From Eledone cirrhosa (lineage: Eukaryota), in contig OZ024744.1 in assembly GCA_964016885.1 (NCBI GenBank), positions 57,908,001 through 57,972,000 on the forward strand: a stretch of 64,000 nucleotides of DNA, written 5' to 3'. The notes below the pieces were generated by a model. That model saw only the letters and a list, made by a program, of their open reading frames with translations, was not told the DNA's origin and did no database searches. Shown piece by piece: positions 52,351 to 64,000 of the stretch. A program made the position numbers and the translations under genes. Every line of letters begins with the position of its first letter. The first letter of the stretch is position 1.

Positions 52351-53778
52351 ACATACATACATACATATATATAGAAGAATTTTACAGAGAAAATTCTTTA
52401 AGATGTCTTGGCCTGCTAGAAATCTTTTTGAAGTTACATTGGCCTCTCTTAAAAAAAGAATGTATTGGATAATTTATGTCAGCATGTGGCCTAGTGGTAA
52501 GGATATTTGGGCTCATGATCGTAAGGTTGTGAATTCAATTTCTGGACCAAGTTACACATGTACTTGAGTAAGACACTTCATTACATGCTGCTCTGGTCAA
52601 CTTAAATGAAAAATTGAGTACCAGCAACAACAGCTGGGGATTATACAGTGATGGACTGCTGTCTTGTCCAGGGAGAAAAGCTTGTACTCTCAGTTGCTAA
52701 ATTGCAATGAAACAAGAATAAGTTCCAGCCAGATGAACCTCTCTCTGGACTTGATAAAGACTTTAACTTTTAAAATTATACTTTTTATTATGTATACTAT
52801 AGACTGTAGTGGACTGGTTGCTTAATGCCAATTGAACCAGGATAAGCTGAGGCTTATTTATACATAATAATATATAATTAAATCTTTATTGATTGAAATT
52901 TGATAGTTAACAATGGTTTCTAATTTTGGCACAAGACCAGCAATTTGGGGGGTGGGGTAAGGAAAGTTGCCCAGTACTTAACTGGTACCTTATTGTATCA
53001 GCCTTGGAAGGTTGTAAGGCAAAGTTGACCTCAGTGGATGAACTTGAATGTAAAGGGCCAGAACAAATACTGCTATTCATAAATGGTAGGCATTGAACAT
53101 ACAAAAACCTGGAAATTGAAAAGTATGTATCCCCATCCCCACTATATAAATGGCAATTTCTGTTTGTCTGTGTACATGTGTATAACCAGTTGGTGCCTAT
53201 ACCAGTGATCTGATCCTGATGAAACTTTACACACATGTTAAGCTAATATTCAGAAACAGGACTGGCTAACTGGATTTCAATAAAAATTTCAATAATGGAA
53301 CCCCTGGGGATATCTTTACAATGGAGGAGGAAAGAGAAGATGTTTCAGTGAGAGAGGGGGAAGAGGAGATACTACTACTGTATGTTAAACCCTCCCTCCC
53401 ACTACTCTCCTTCTGCCTCCCGCAACTCAGTCCTCCAAAATGAGGCAACCACTTATTAGAAATATACATAAAGCAATTTCAAACAAAGCAGACAACAATG
53501 TGCATTCTTGATTGTTCTCCATTTTGTAGAGAAAGAAAGAGAGGGTATGAGGAAAATGAGAGATAGGGGTTGAGAAAGAAAGAGAGTGAGGGGCATTGGG
53601 GAGGGGAGAAAATGATAGCAGCATTCGATAATTTTAACTTTTATTTATTTATTCTGTTTAACTCTCCTCCTTCCTCAACCTTACGTCACTTTCTCACTCT
53701 CTTTCACACAAGACGTACTGTGGACATTGTAACTTCCGGGGAAGTTACAATGTCCACACACACACATACAAACACACA

Positions 53779-54635
53779 TCTATATATATAAAACTGAGGA
53801 TGTGTGTGTATGTATGTCCGTACCCACATAATTTTTACAGTTTGCAACCAATTTTTTTTCAAATTTGGAACAAACATACATTATGTTCCCAGAAGTGTTG
53901 TGGACTCATAAAATGTTCAAGAGTTTGTCTAATGCAGCCCCTAGGTAGACGAAGGCTGTCTCTGGACAATAATGTCACATATGTGAAAATTAAATAATTG
54001 TTGGTTAGCATTTTACTCATCTTAGTGTGTTATGTCCTCTTTCCTTAGATAATGCCTCCAAGGAAGAGATCTGACATTGGTGGAAAACGGCGAAAGCTGA
54101 GAGAGGGAAAAGAAGAAAAGCAAATGAATCATCAATGGAGGCTGCAATTGGATGATCGCAAGATGCTGAACGTAAAGCTACTGCGAGAGCATTAGAAAAC
54201 TATGAGCATTAGAAAACTACGAGCATTAGAAAACTACTAAGACATAGGTTACTTATGTACTCTGGATGGTCATGGGCACTTTCATTTTTCCAGATATTTA
54301 TTATAGGGCCCCCTGGGGGCAGATAACCCCCTTTAACCGCTTCTCTGGAATCAACTTAAGCACTGCAGTGCAATGCAACAAAACGTCATAATTTCTGGAG
54401 CTCACAACCGATTTTCACCAAACTTGGCACATGGGCTACATATGTTCTACAGATGAATTTGAACACTCAGAATTGGCACATATTGAGTAGGGGACTCCTG
54501 GGGGCAGGAACCCCCTTTTGGAAAAAGCCGATGATTTTGTGCAAGTATAGTTTTCGAAGAAGCACTGAAGTATTGACATGAATGTTATATATGACTGCTA
54601 TTTAATACCCAAGCAATGCTGGGTACCTCTGCTAG
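53779..54635 (+). mobile_element. Non-autonomous Helitron
   Basis: A|TC start, subterminal hairpin acccaagcaatgctgggt, CTAG|T end, no TSD; internal MPPRKRSDIG remnant. Confidence 0.8.
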
Positions 54636-55019
54636 TATATATACATATATATGTATATATATATATGGAAGATACTCCGTTAGTTACAATGGTGAGTGTA
54701 CCAGTTGATCCGATCAATGGAACAGCGTGCTTGTGAAATTAACGTGCAAGTGACTGAACATTCCACAAACACGCATGCCCTTAATGTAGTTCTCTCGGAG
54801 ATTCAGCTTGACACTGAACGTGACAAGGCTGGCCCTTTGAATTACAGGTACAACTCATTTTAGCCAGCTGAGTGGACTGGAGCAACATGAAATAAGGTGT
54901 CTTGCACAAGGACACAACACACTTCTGGGAATAGAACTCACAGCCTTACGATCATGAGCTGAATTCCCTAATCACAAACCCACACACTTATATATATATA
55001 TATATACATGTTTTCCTTC

Positions 55020-55365
55020 CCCTTCATTTCCATCACTGTTCAGCATCCTGAGACTAATTTTCATCATTTCAACCCATGTCCTCCTTAGTCTCTCGTTCTC
55101 ACAGGTCTCGTCCACTTTCAGTGCTCTGCACTTCTTTATGGAAATGATATCCTCCATATATATTACATGTCAATAATGGTGCAATTTTATCTCTTGCACA
55201 CTTGCACACATCAGATTCCTTTTATACCAAGCTTTTCTCTTTCAACTCACCTGTACTTTGTCAATTATATACACTAACTTTACACATCCAATTGAGCATG
55301 CTTGCTTCATTTCTTTCTGGTGTTTGCATATCCTCTGCATTTAAGGCCTATGTCTTGTTACCTTG
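55020..55365 (-). mobile_element. Decayed RTE 3' fragment
   Basis: IKKCRALKVD..RRTW remnants. Confidence 0.65.
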
Positions 55366-55984
55366 CAACAAGGGCCTTGTTTCAGGGGGTACCAGGAAAC
55401 AAGTCCCCCACTTTTTCAAACGTCTATATTATATTGTTTGTTTATTTGATATAATAAATTCTTTTTAAGCTTATTTTTTTAATATCTGAACTTCATTTGA
55501 ATATATAAAATTTAATTAGCATAAAATTTTACTTATGTGATAGGGTCCGGGAAAGGCACCATAAGTAATTTATGCTCTTTTAAGAATCAACAAATGTTGG
55601 TTTGTCCCCTTCACATTTTTAAGGCAAATGAGGCCCCTGCCTTGCATCATCACAGTTTGTAGATAAAGCATCATATAATTTGCTCTGAGACTAAAATCCT
55701 TCAATACCAGAATAATTTTACAACTGCTTTCTATGCTGGTGTGGATTGGACAGATAATCATAGTTCGAGACTAAGCTTATTAGAAAACCAATTCTTGTTC
55801 ATACTTTCCATATTTTGGATTGGTTTCTATGATTTGATGACCTTCCAAATGCCAACCACTTTACAGAGTGTACTGGTTGCATTTTATTTTGGTATCTGCA
55901 TTAGAGAGATTGTCGGGTACTTGGTAATACTGAAGAGTCCTCTCTCTATATATTTGTTCAAAACTCATTATTCACCCTGCTGCT

Positions 55985-56132
55985 CAGTGCCAGATTTAGG
56001 ACAGTTATCAGGCCCCTTACTTGGGCCCTGAAGGAGGTAAAACATTTTTTTGCCAGGAAGATGCCCCTCCATCCTTGGCCAACGGGGCCCTGTGCTCAAG
56101 CACACCTAAGCACAATGGTAAATCCAGCACTG
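55985..56132. mobile_element. hAT-type MITE
   Basis: TIRs cagtgccagattta / taaatccagcactg with an 8-bp TSD ctgctgct (55977-55984 and 56133-56140). Confidence 0.8.
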
Positions 56133-56394
56133 CTGCTGCTACTCTCATTTTCTCATCTTCATACGTTCCTTCATGTTACAAAGGACTAACAAAAAGTTAA
56201 CTTATTTGTCACCTGGTTAAAATTAAGAAAAGTGAGAAACTTGAAGTAATAATGGAGTTGGATCATCAACTCTGAATAAAAAGTAAACTTTTATTATGGT
56301 ATTTTTCTCCCATTTGTACAGCAATAAACATACATTCATGTACACGTGCGCACACGCACACACACACAGACAGACATGAACTGCCTAGGGATGC

Positions 56395-59140
56395 AATCAT
56401 CATCCATTCTCATTAAATGACCACTCCATCTTAATCTATGCCGAAATATGAGAGACTCTATACTGGTAGACCAACTGCATTCAAGGACTCCAGTGTCACT
56501 CATGTACATTTTCCAGTAGATGCCCCGTATACATCAAAAACACTGTTGGTGAAAGTACTCCAACCTTTTGAGATGCCTATAGTAAGTGACCCAAGTTTCA
56601 CATGCTTACAACAAAGAGAAGCATTATAGACTTTTAACTTTGTCTTAATGGAAATACCATGCTGAGACCATAGATGTCTATCCAGTTTTCCAAATATATC
56701 ACTGCCTTATTGATTTGGGGGGATATTTCTTCATCCAGAGTATTGGTCATATTCATAGTGATACATAGATATACAAACTTATCTGTGACTTTCAATCTCT
56801 GGCCATAGACATATATGTTTAGCATAGAGTACTGGTGCAGGTTCATACAACAGCAATCTTTTTCAGAATAGTTGTTAGGCCCAATGCACTGCATGCATTC
56901 AAGAAAAAGAATCCATGAAATGTTGCATGTCGCTCTCGGAATGAGCAACAGGGTCACAATTGTCAGCTTACAGGAATTCGCATATCAGTGATGTAAATAT
57001 CTTCTTCCTGGTAAGAAACCTTTTGATATTGAACATTATACCTGTTGTTTGATATCTAATGTAGACCCCATTTGAGCAACCCTCAAAAGTCATAAAAAAC
57101 CATAGCAAAGTACAACACAAACAGAGTCGGTATAAGAATGTCTCCTTGCTTAACACCATTTTCAACCATAATGGAATCAGAGAGCTTACCATCAACATTG
57201 ATTCTTGCCTTCATGCAATCATTGGAAACCACTCAACACTGTGACAAATTTATCAGGATACCTCAGTTTCCTGAGAATCTTCCACAAGGCAATTCAATTG
57301 ACTGTATCGAAAGCCTTTGTCAGATCGACAAACACCTGATATAGGTCCTGCCTCTGCTCAATGCATTTTTCTTGCAGCTGTCTCACCATAAAGATCATGT
57401 CCGTTGTCCCCCTACCATTTCTAAAGCCATACTGAGATTCAGGAAGAATTTCATCAGCAATGTTGTTGTGGAACTTATCCAGTATGATCCTACATAAGAC
57501 CTTGCCTACAACAGACAGAATGGATATCCCACAGCTGTTGCTACAGAAGTCCTTTCCACCTTTGGCTTTATAGAGAAACACCATTAGTGCATCTTTCCTG
57601 TCATGTGGGACACTCTCTTCAACCCAAACCATTCAGATTAAGATAATTAGGCTATGAAGTAGATTTTCACTTCCAAATTTGAAGATTTCAGCACAAAGAC
57701 CAACCATCCCAGATGACTATTCAGCTTTTTCCCAGCAAATTGGACTTCCTCTGGGGAAGGAATTCTGCCAATTACATTGTTGTTAGGTCTGCAGGGAATG
57801 GTGTTGACAAACTCATCAACCCCAGAGGGCCTGTTCAAAAGTCTGTCAAAATGTTCATGCTACCTGACAAGAATGTCCTTTAGAACCCTAAGTAATTATT
57901 TGCTGTCCTGAGTGCAAAGAGGTGTAACTGGAGAAGATAATAGCCCATACACTTCCCACAACAAATTATACAGCAGCTTTGTATTGTTGGAGTCAAAGGC
58001 CAACTGAACCTCCTCTGCTTTATCCATCCACCTTGCACCTTACACTTCACCACCTTGAGCAAGTGTTCATTCTTACTCATTTTCTGGTCTCCTTTCGTTA
58101 TCACTGTGTTGCTTTCATTTAAAAGCCTCTGAACCTCTTTGTTATTCTTATCAAACCAGTCTTGATGTTTTCTTTCCACTAAACCCAGACTTCATATACA
58201 GACTATTTGAACACTTCCCATGATTCATCACATTGAATGTCATCTGTTCTCTTCCACAGCTCTTCCTTAATGGTATCATCATTTAGATGAACCACATTTA
58301 CTTTCTGTGTTATAGTCAGACCATGGACTCTAACGTTTGCTTTCACAGCAATCTTTATCTTTGTACAAACCAAATGATCAGTCCAACATTCAGCTCCCCG
58401 CATAACCCTGACATTGCACACATCACAAACATCATGCCTACAAACAAGAACATAATCAATTATGTGCCATTGCTTTGAGCCCACATCTGTACAGGTTGTT
58501 CTGTATTTATCTCCTGCTAAATCAGGGTGTTTGCTATACACAGATCCAACTCCTGACACATTTGTAACAGCAGCAAACCATTGCTATTACACCTTCCAAC
58601 TCCATGTTTTCCAAGCACATCCCAGATTTCATAATCCTTGCCAAAGCTAGCATTGAAGTCACCCAGAATCACAACTTAGTCAGTCTGAGGAATCATGTTG
58701 ACTAGTTCCTCCAGTCAAAAATATAAAGAGAGTTTTACGTCTTCAGAGGAACTCATGGTTGAAGCATATACACTCACTAGAATACAAATCTGTTCTTTGA
58801 TAATAGAATTCTCATTGATATAAGGTGATCAGTTAATCCACATGGAAGCTCTTCTAGCTTAGAAACTCTTGCATCCTTCTATTCTTTCTCTCCAATAAAA
58901 GGTGTAACCCCCCGGACTGTTCTGTGAAGTGGCCTTCTTCAGAGTTTTGTTTCAGACAAGACCATTACGTCCATGATGTATCACTGCAGATCTTTACCTA
59001 CAAGTGCTGATCTTCTTTCAGAAGACTGAGAATCTAAGGTGCGAACATTCCAGCACCCAATATTCAAAGGTTTAAACTTGAAATTTCTCACAGTAGCAGG
59101 ATGACTGGGTCCAGGCTGCAGTTCACTGAGACACTTACCT
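56395..59140 (-). mobile_element. Near full-length decayed RTE/BovB-like LINE (APE + RT)
   Basis: LNIGCWNVRTL, WHIIDYVLV, AECWTDH, ILPESQYGFR.GRGTTDMIF..RQLQEK, FVDLTKAFDTVN. Confidence 0.88.
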
Positions 59141-59259
59141 GTGCTAGAAGCTTTTTTTAAGTGATGGAAGGCTTTGCATGGAACCAATCCCACTCTCTGA
59201 ACATCGAATGCATCGAAGGCGGACTGACAGACAGACAGCTAGGTAGATAAGTAGATAGA

Positions 59260-59730
59260 TGTATTTCTTTATTAGCCACAAGGGCGCACAAGAAAAGAGG
59301 ACAATACAAAGACATGCCAGGGATTTTACATACAGTCGTGTAAAAAATATAAAAACAAACAATTACAACAATCGAAATCCCCAATAGGGGGGAGGTGCCA
59401 CAAATGGGTTGTTTAATACCCCGTCGATAGAACAACCCTCAACTTCAGGAGCGTGTTGTGCAAGTGCTCCTTTCTTCCTTTTGCTCTCTTCTTTAACCTA
59501 CAGGCTCATAAACAGAGAAGGCCCAATCACTCGGGCCATTCTCGCTTCATTCACCCACCTTTCAGTAAATTTACTGGGGTACAGTGCCTCTCTCTCCACC
59601 CTGATTCTCCTTCTAAAGTGATACTTAAAGAAGGGAATCAATTGTTGTCCGGAGAGAAAGGCATCTGTCCTCAGTCCTCTCAATCTCATCCACCATATAA
59701 CTTCTTTCACCATAGCCACTGTACAGAGGA
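59260..59730 (-). mobile_element. Tx1/L1-clade 3' fragment
   Basis: FLCTVAMVKEVIWWMRL..RRIRVERE..RWVN, homologous to 28360-28870. Confidence 0.8.
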
Positions 59731-60364
59731 AAAATAGATAGACGGACAGACAGGTGGATGGACATGCAAACTGGCAGACAGATAGACAAGTGAACGGACA
59801 GACAAACAGACAGATATAAACTTTACAATTACTTATGTAGATATCACCACCACACACATTTGTTATAAACTGGCAGTGTACTTGCGCCCTATTGAAGGTC
59901 ACCATAAAATCTAAAATTAAGAACAAAAAAATAAAAATAAGAATAGATAAGTAAAAAAACAAACATCTAAAAGTACAAAATGAAAAAAAAAATAACCTAC
60001 GTGTCTTCTAATTATTTATTATGGTCTTTCATCTTTATCAATGTGTCGGCGACACCACATGATGTGTCGTAATGTAGGAATGTTGCGACCCACTCACTTT
60101 TTTAAAAAGTGATATAACAGCTAATCATGCCAAGTCATATATTCACCTATACATTTTAACAGACTTAAACTATAGTGGAGTAATTTTTATATGTGTGCGT
60201 GTGTGTGTGTGTTTATGTTTATATTTTATCACATCTACGTGTTTGTGTAACCATAGGCATAGATATTTCTCCACCCCTCCCCCATGCACACACTCACACT
60301 TATATATATATATGTGTATATATATATTATTGTATAAAGTACTCGTTGAAAATTGAACCCTTTT

Positions 60365-60970
60365 ACCCTAGTAATAATTGTTTCTTCTATTGGCCCAAGG
60401 CCAGCAATTACCCAGTACATTACTGGTACTTTATTTTATCGACCCCGTAAGGATGAAAGGCAAAGTTAACACCTCGGCAGGATTTGAACTCAGATCGTAA
60501 AGGCATGTAAATATGCTGTAAAGCATGGCGTCCGACCCTCTACCAATACTGCCACCCTAGTAATAATGATTTCTGATTTAGGGCCAGCAATTTTAGTGGG
60601 GGAAGGGAAAGTTGATTAAACCCCCCCCCCCCTCCCCAGTGCATGACTGGTACTTTATTTTACTGATCCCATAAAGATGAAAGGAAAAGCTAACCTCGGT
60701 GGGATTTGAAATCAGAACATAAAGGGCCGTAACTATATACCACTAAGCATATTGTCCAATGCCCTCTTACCCTAGTAATAATTGTTTCTACTTTTGGCAC
60801 AAGGCCAGCAATCACCAGTGTATTACTGGTACTTTATTTTATCGACCCCGTAAGGATGAAAGGCAAAGTTAACCTCGGCGGGATTTGAACTCAGAATGGC
60901 AAGGGCCGTAGTAATAATTGTTTCTACTTTAGGCACAAGGCCAGCAATTACCCAGGGCCGTAGTAATAAT
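60365..60970 (-). mobile_element. Cluster of four family-1 SINE copies or fragments
   Basis: Repeated SINE bodies separated by recurring accctagtaataat / gggccgtagtaataat. Confidence 0.85.
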
Positions 60971-61949
60971 GCCAAGAGAACACATGTATTAATTTGAGGA
61001 TTGTCAGCTAACTTAAATGAAATTGCTGCAGGCGGGGGGCAACAAAAACTTGCTGAAATACTGGAAAATGGTAGTAAAAGCTGGACAAACTTTCCAGAAA
61101 AGCTGGCAAAATATTCTGGGAAATTATTAGCATAAATTACAAAAGTGTCTTAAAGATTTTAACTAATTTTGAGTAAGTTTGTAAATTTCTGTATTTCTAT
61201 TTAAAATACACTTTCATTCTATTTTTTTTTTTTTTTAACTGATATTTTTCAGTAGTATTAGAGTGGAATTACCAGTATAACTTTAATAACCTTTATAACT
61301 TTAAACATTTAAATCTTTTCCCATCACCAGTCAGTGACAAAGATTGTAAATAATCCCGTAAAACATTATTCTATTATACTTTACATTATAATAATTTATA
61401 CTTGTTGCTATATTTACATCATCTACTTATTCAGAAACTAAAGTTTCACCTCAAACATTGTGGAGAATTTATGTTATATGGCAATATTTGATAGTCTAGA
61501 AATTCATTGTGAAGCTTTTCAACTTCACTATCTGAACTAGAATAAGTGAAAAAAAAAATGTATTGTGTGTGTGTAACCAGATAAGTCCCCCACTTCACCT
61601 TAGATCTACCTCTCCAAAACCCATGCATCTTCCTCACCCCAACCCCCAGTTCACACTGTATAGTGCTCATGTAGGTATCATGACAAAAATCGCCCAGTCG
61701 ACACCGTAAAGTGGTTGTGTAGATGGCACAACAAAAAGCACCCAGTACACATTGTAAATGGGGTTTGGTGTTAGAACCAGTTGCAGAAACCAAACCAAAA
61801 TCAGTTTTCTATGAGCAAGACACAATCACCTGATCTGGCTTATCTCACAACGAGATAACCTGTCTAACTCATCCAAAAGTGTGGGAAAATAGGCATTAAA
61901 TGAGGATGATGGTGATGATGATGGTATATATATATACATATATAGATAT

Positions 61950-63511
61950 ATAAAGATGTACAGAGGGAACTTGCAAAAACATGACAACGACATACATAGA
62001 TTGAGATAGCTCGGAACATAGGGGAAAGAATAGACCAACACTGGAGTAAAGTAAAAGGACAAAAAGACGATTCAGTACTATATGAACACACCAGACAAAG
62101 ACTTGATCATAATATATACAACATAGAAATCAAAATAATATCTAAACATAGAAATGACTTAACAGGTAGACAAATCATAGAAGCGACTGAAATAGAACTA
62201 AAATAACTAAAGTTGAGCAGAAAAAATGAATGAAATAACAATACACAAACACACAATAGTGACCTAAGATAAATATAGATAAATAAATATACACGGGTAC
62301 AATAGCAACAACCACACACAAACACACGCTAATGAACAAAGATAGAATACAAACACACACAGACTCAGACATGAACACAAACCAAACAGAAAACACACAC
62401 AAATGTATGCGCAAACAGAGACAAGAATAAATGAATAAAAATAGAATAATCATTACAATACAACGGGAGAAAACATAATAGTACCACTGATGATGTCACA
62501 GGTGTGTGATGAAAGAACTTTGATAGTCTATATATATATATGTATATCTATATTTTTAACCGTTGGTCAATCAACGATAAACATTGATTGCTAGATAAAT
62601 TAATTATAGGGATATAAAATATACAGAAGCGAAAACCAATCCAAACCAAACAGTGAGTGTGTTGTATTATTATTTCTGGCAATGGGGCGATGGATTGGCA
62701 GTATCGGTAGAGGGTCGGACGCCATGCTTTGACGCATAGAGTTACGGCGCTTGCCATTCTGAGTTCAAATCCCGCTGAGCTTAACTTTGCCATTCATCCT
62801 TACGGAGTCGATAAAATAAAGTACCAGTAATGTACTGGGTAATTGCTGGCCTTGTGCCAAAAATAGAAACAATTATTTCTGGCAATATTATAACAATATG
62901 ACCCTCCCCAAATATAACAATATATAAACCTACCCTTTTAAGAAAACCCACTGTACTAATAGGAAATGTATTATATGTAAAGTAAACCCCCGTATAAACT
63001 GTAAAACTAGAAACGTAGTCTATTGCATAAGATGTACAGAGGGCACTTGCAGAAACATGACAACAACATACATAGGTGAGACAGTTCGTAGCATAGGTGA
63101 AAGGATAGACCAACACTGGGAGGAAACTAAAAGGACGAAAAAACAGTTCAGTACTATACGAACCTGCCAGACAACAACATGACGGTAACATAGACAACAT
63201 AGAAATTAGAATAATATCTAAACATACAAATGACCCAGCAGATAGGCAAATCAGAGAGGCCAGCGAAATAGAACTTAGAAGGCCAAGGCTAAACAGAAAA
63301 AATGAATGGAATAACAACACCCAAACAAACAACACTAACCTAAGAGAAGTATAAATAAATAAATACATACACAAGCACAATAACAACAAACACATAAACA
63401 CACACTAGTAAACTAAGAGAGAATACAATAACCAATACACAGTCACCCAAACACGAACACACATCAAACACAATATACACACGCAAACGCATGCGCAGAG
63501 AAGACAAAAAA

Positions 63512-63546
<35 letters not shown>

Positions 63547-63897
63547 AAATAAATAAATAAATAAATAAAAATAAAAAATAAATAAATAAACAGACGACGA
63601 CTAAATAAAGATGGCGTAGGCACACAATACAACAAGAGGAAACATAAAGCACCACTGACGATGTTGCAGATGTGCAACGAAAGAACTTTGTTAGACTATA
63701 TATGTGTGTTTGTGTCTATATTATATCTGTATTTTTGACCGTTGGTCAGTCAATGGTAACATTGAGGACCGAATAAATTAAATTAACCGATATAAAAGAC
63801 ATAGAAGCAAAAACCAACCAAACAGTGAGTGTGTTCTGTTATTAATTCTGGCAATATTATTACACAAATATGACCCTCCCCAAGTATAACAATATAT
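61950..63897 (+). mobile_element. Two tandem 3' fragments of the Penelope-like family (GIY-YIG end + pLTR), with hammerheads at 62478-62531 and 63647-63699
   Basis: Both homologous to 4421-5330 (minus strand); junction at about 62926. Confidence 0.88.
62684..62871 (+). mobile_element. Full-length SINE family 1 with a 15-bp TSD
   Basis: A box TGGCAGTATCGG, B box GAGTTCAAATC, central ttcatccttacgg.gtcgataaaataaagtacc; TSD attatttctggcaat (62669-62683 and 62872-62886). Confidence 0.9.
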
Positions 63898-64000
63898 AAC
63901 AGTAAAGGAAAAATAATCGAGCCTTCACTCTTTGTAAAATTAACAAAAGAAGAATTCCTTAGGAACTTACTATTGGGTGGTATTTTAAGAGATTTTGTTA

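Noticed and set aside
53205-53235. ctgatgaaac as a hammerhead core
   Set aside because: No stem II between CUGAUGA and GAAA; it lies in a Helitron-like 5' fragment
61450-61540. Minus-strand exon SDSEVEKLHNEFLDYQIL
   Set aside because: Weak donor; resembles a DNA-transposase remnant; cannot be resolved without a homology search

Overview
Eukaryotic, AT-rich, repeat-saturated non-genic or intronic DNA. The SINE/LINE repertoire and (TA)n load suggest an octopus/cephalopod genome (inference). No complete host gene is supported, and most listed ORFs are microsatellite artefacts. The window holds decayed retroelements (RTE, R4/Dong-type RLE LINEs, Tx1/L1, CR1, Penelope-like elements), tRNA-derived SINEs, a non-autonomous Helitron, two MITEs and large microsatellites. 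The most notable signal is RNA-level. A near-identical 466-bp tandem array (one inverted plus three direct copies, 39918-41844) carries an intact minimal type I hammerhead ribozyme in every unit within a highly base-paired monomer, which makes it a candidate non-LTR retrozyme / self-cleaving circRNA source. Several other, unrelated hammerhead-bearing families, including one in the 3' repeat of a Penelope-like element, sit in (TA)n tracts with the same inverted/tandem architecture. All alignments and folds were done by eye; coordinates of decayed repeats are approximate.
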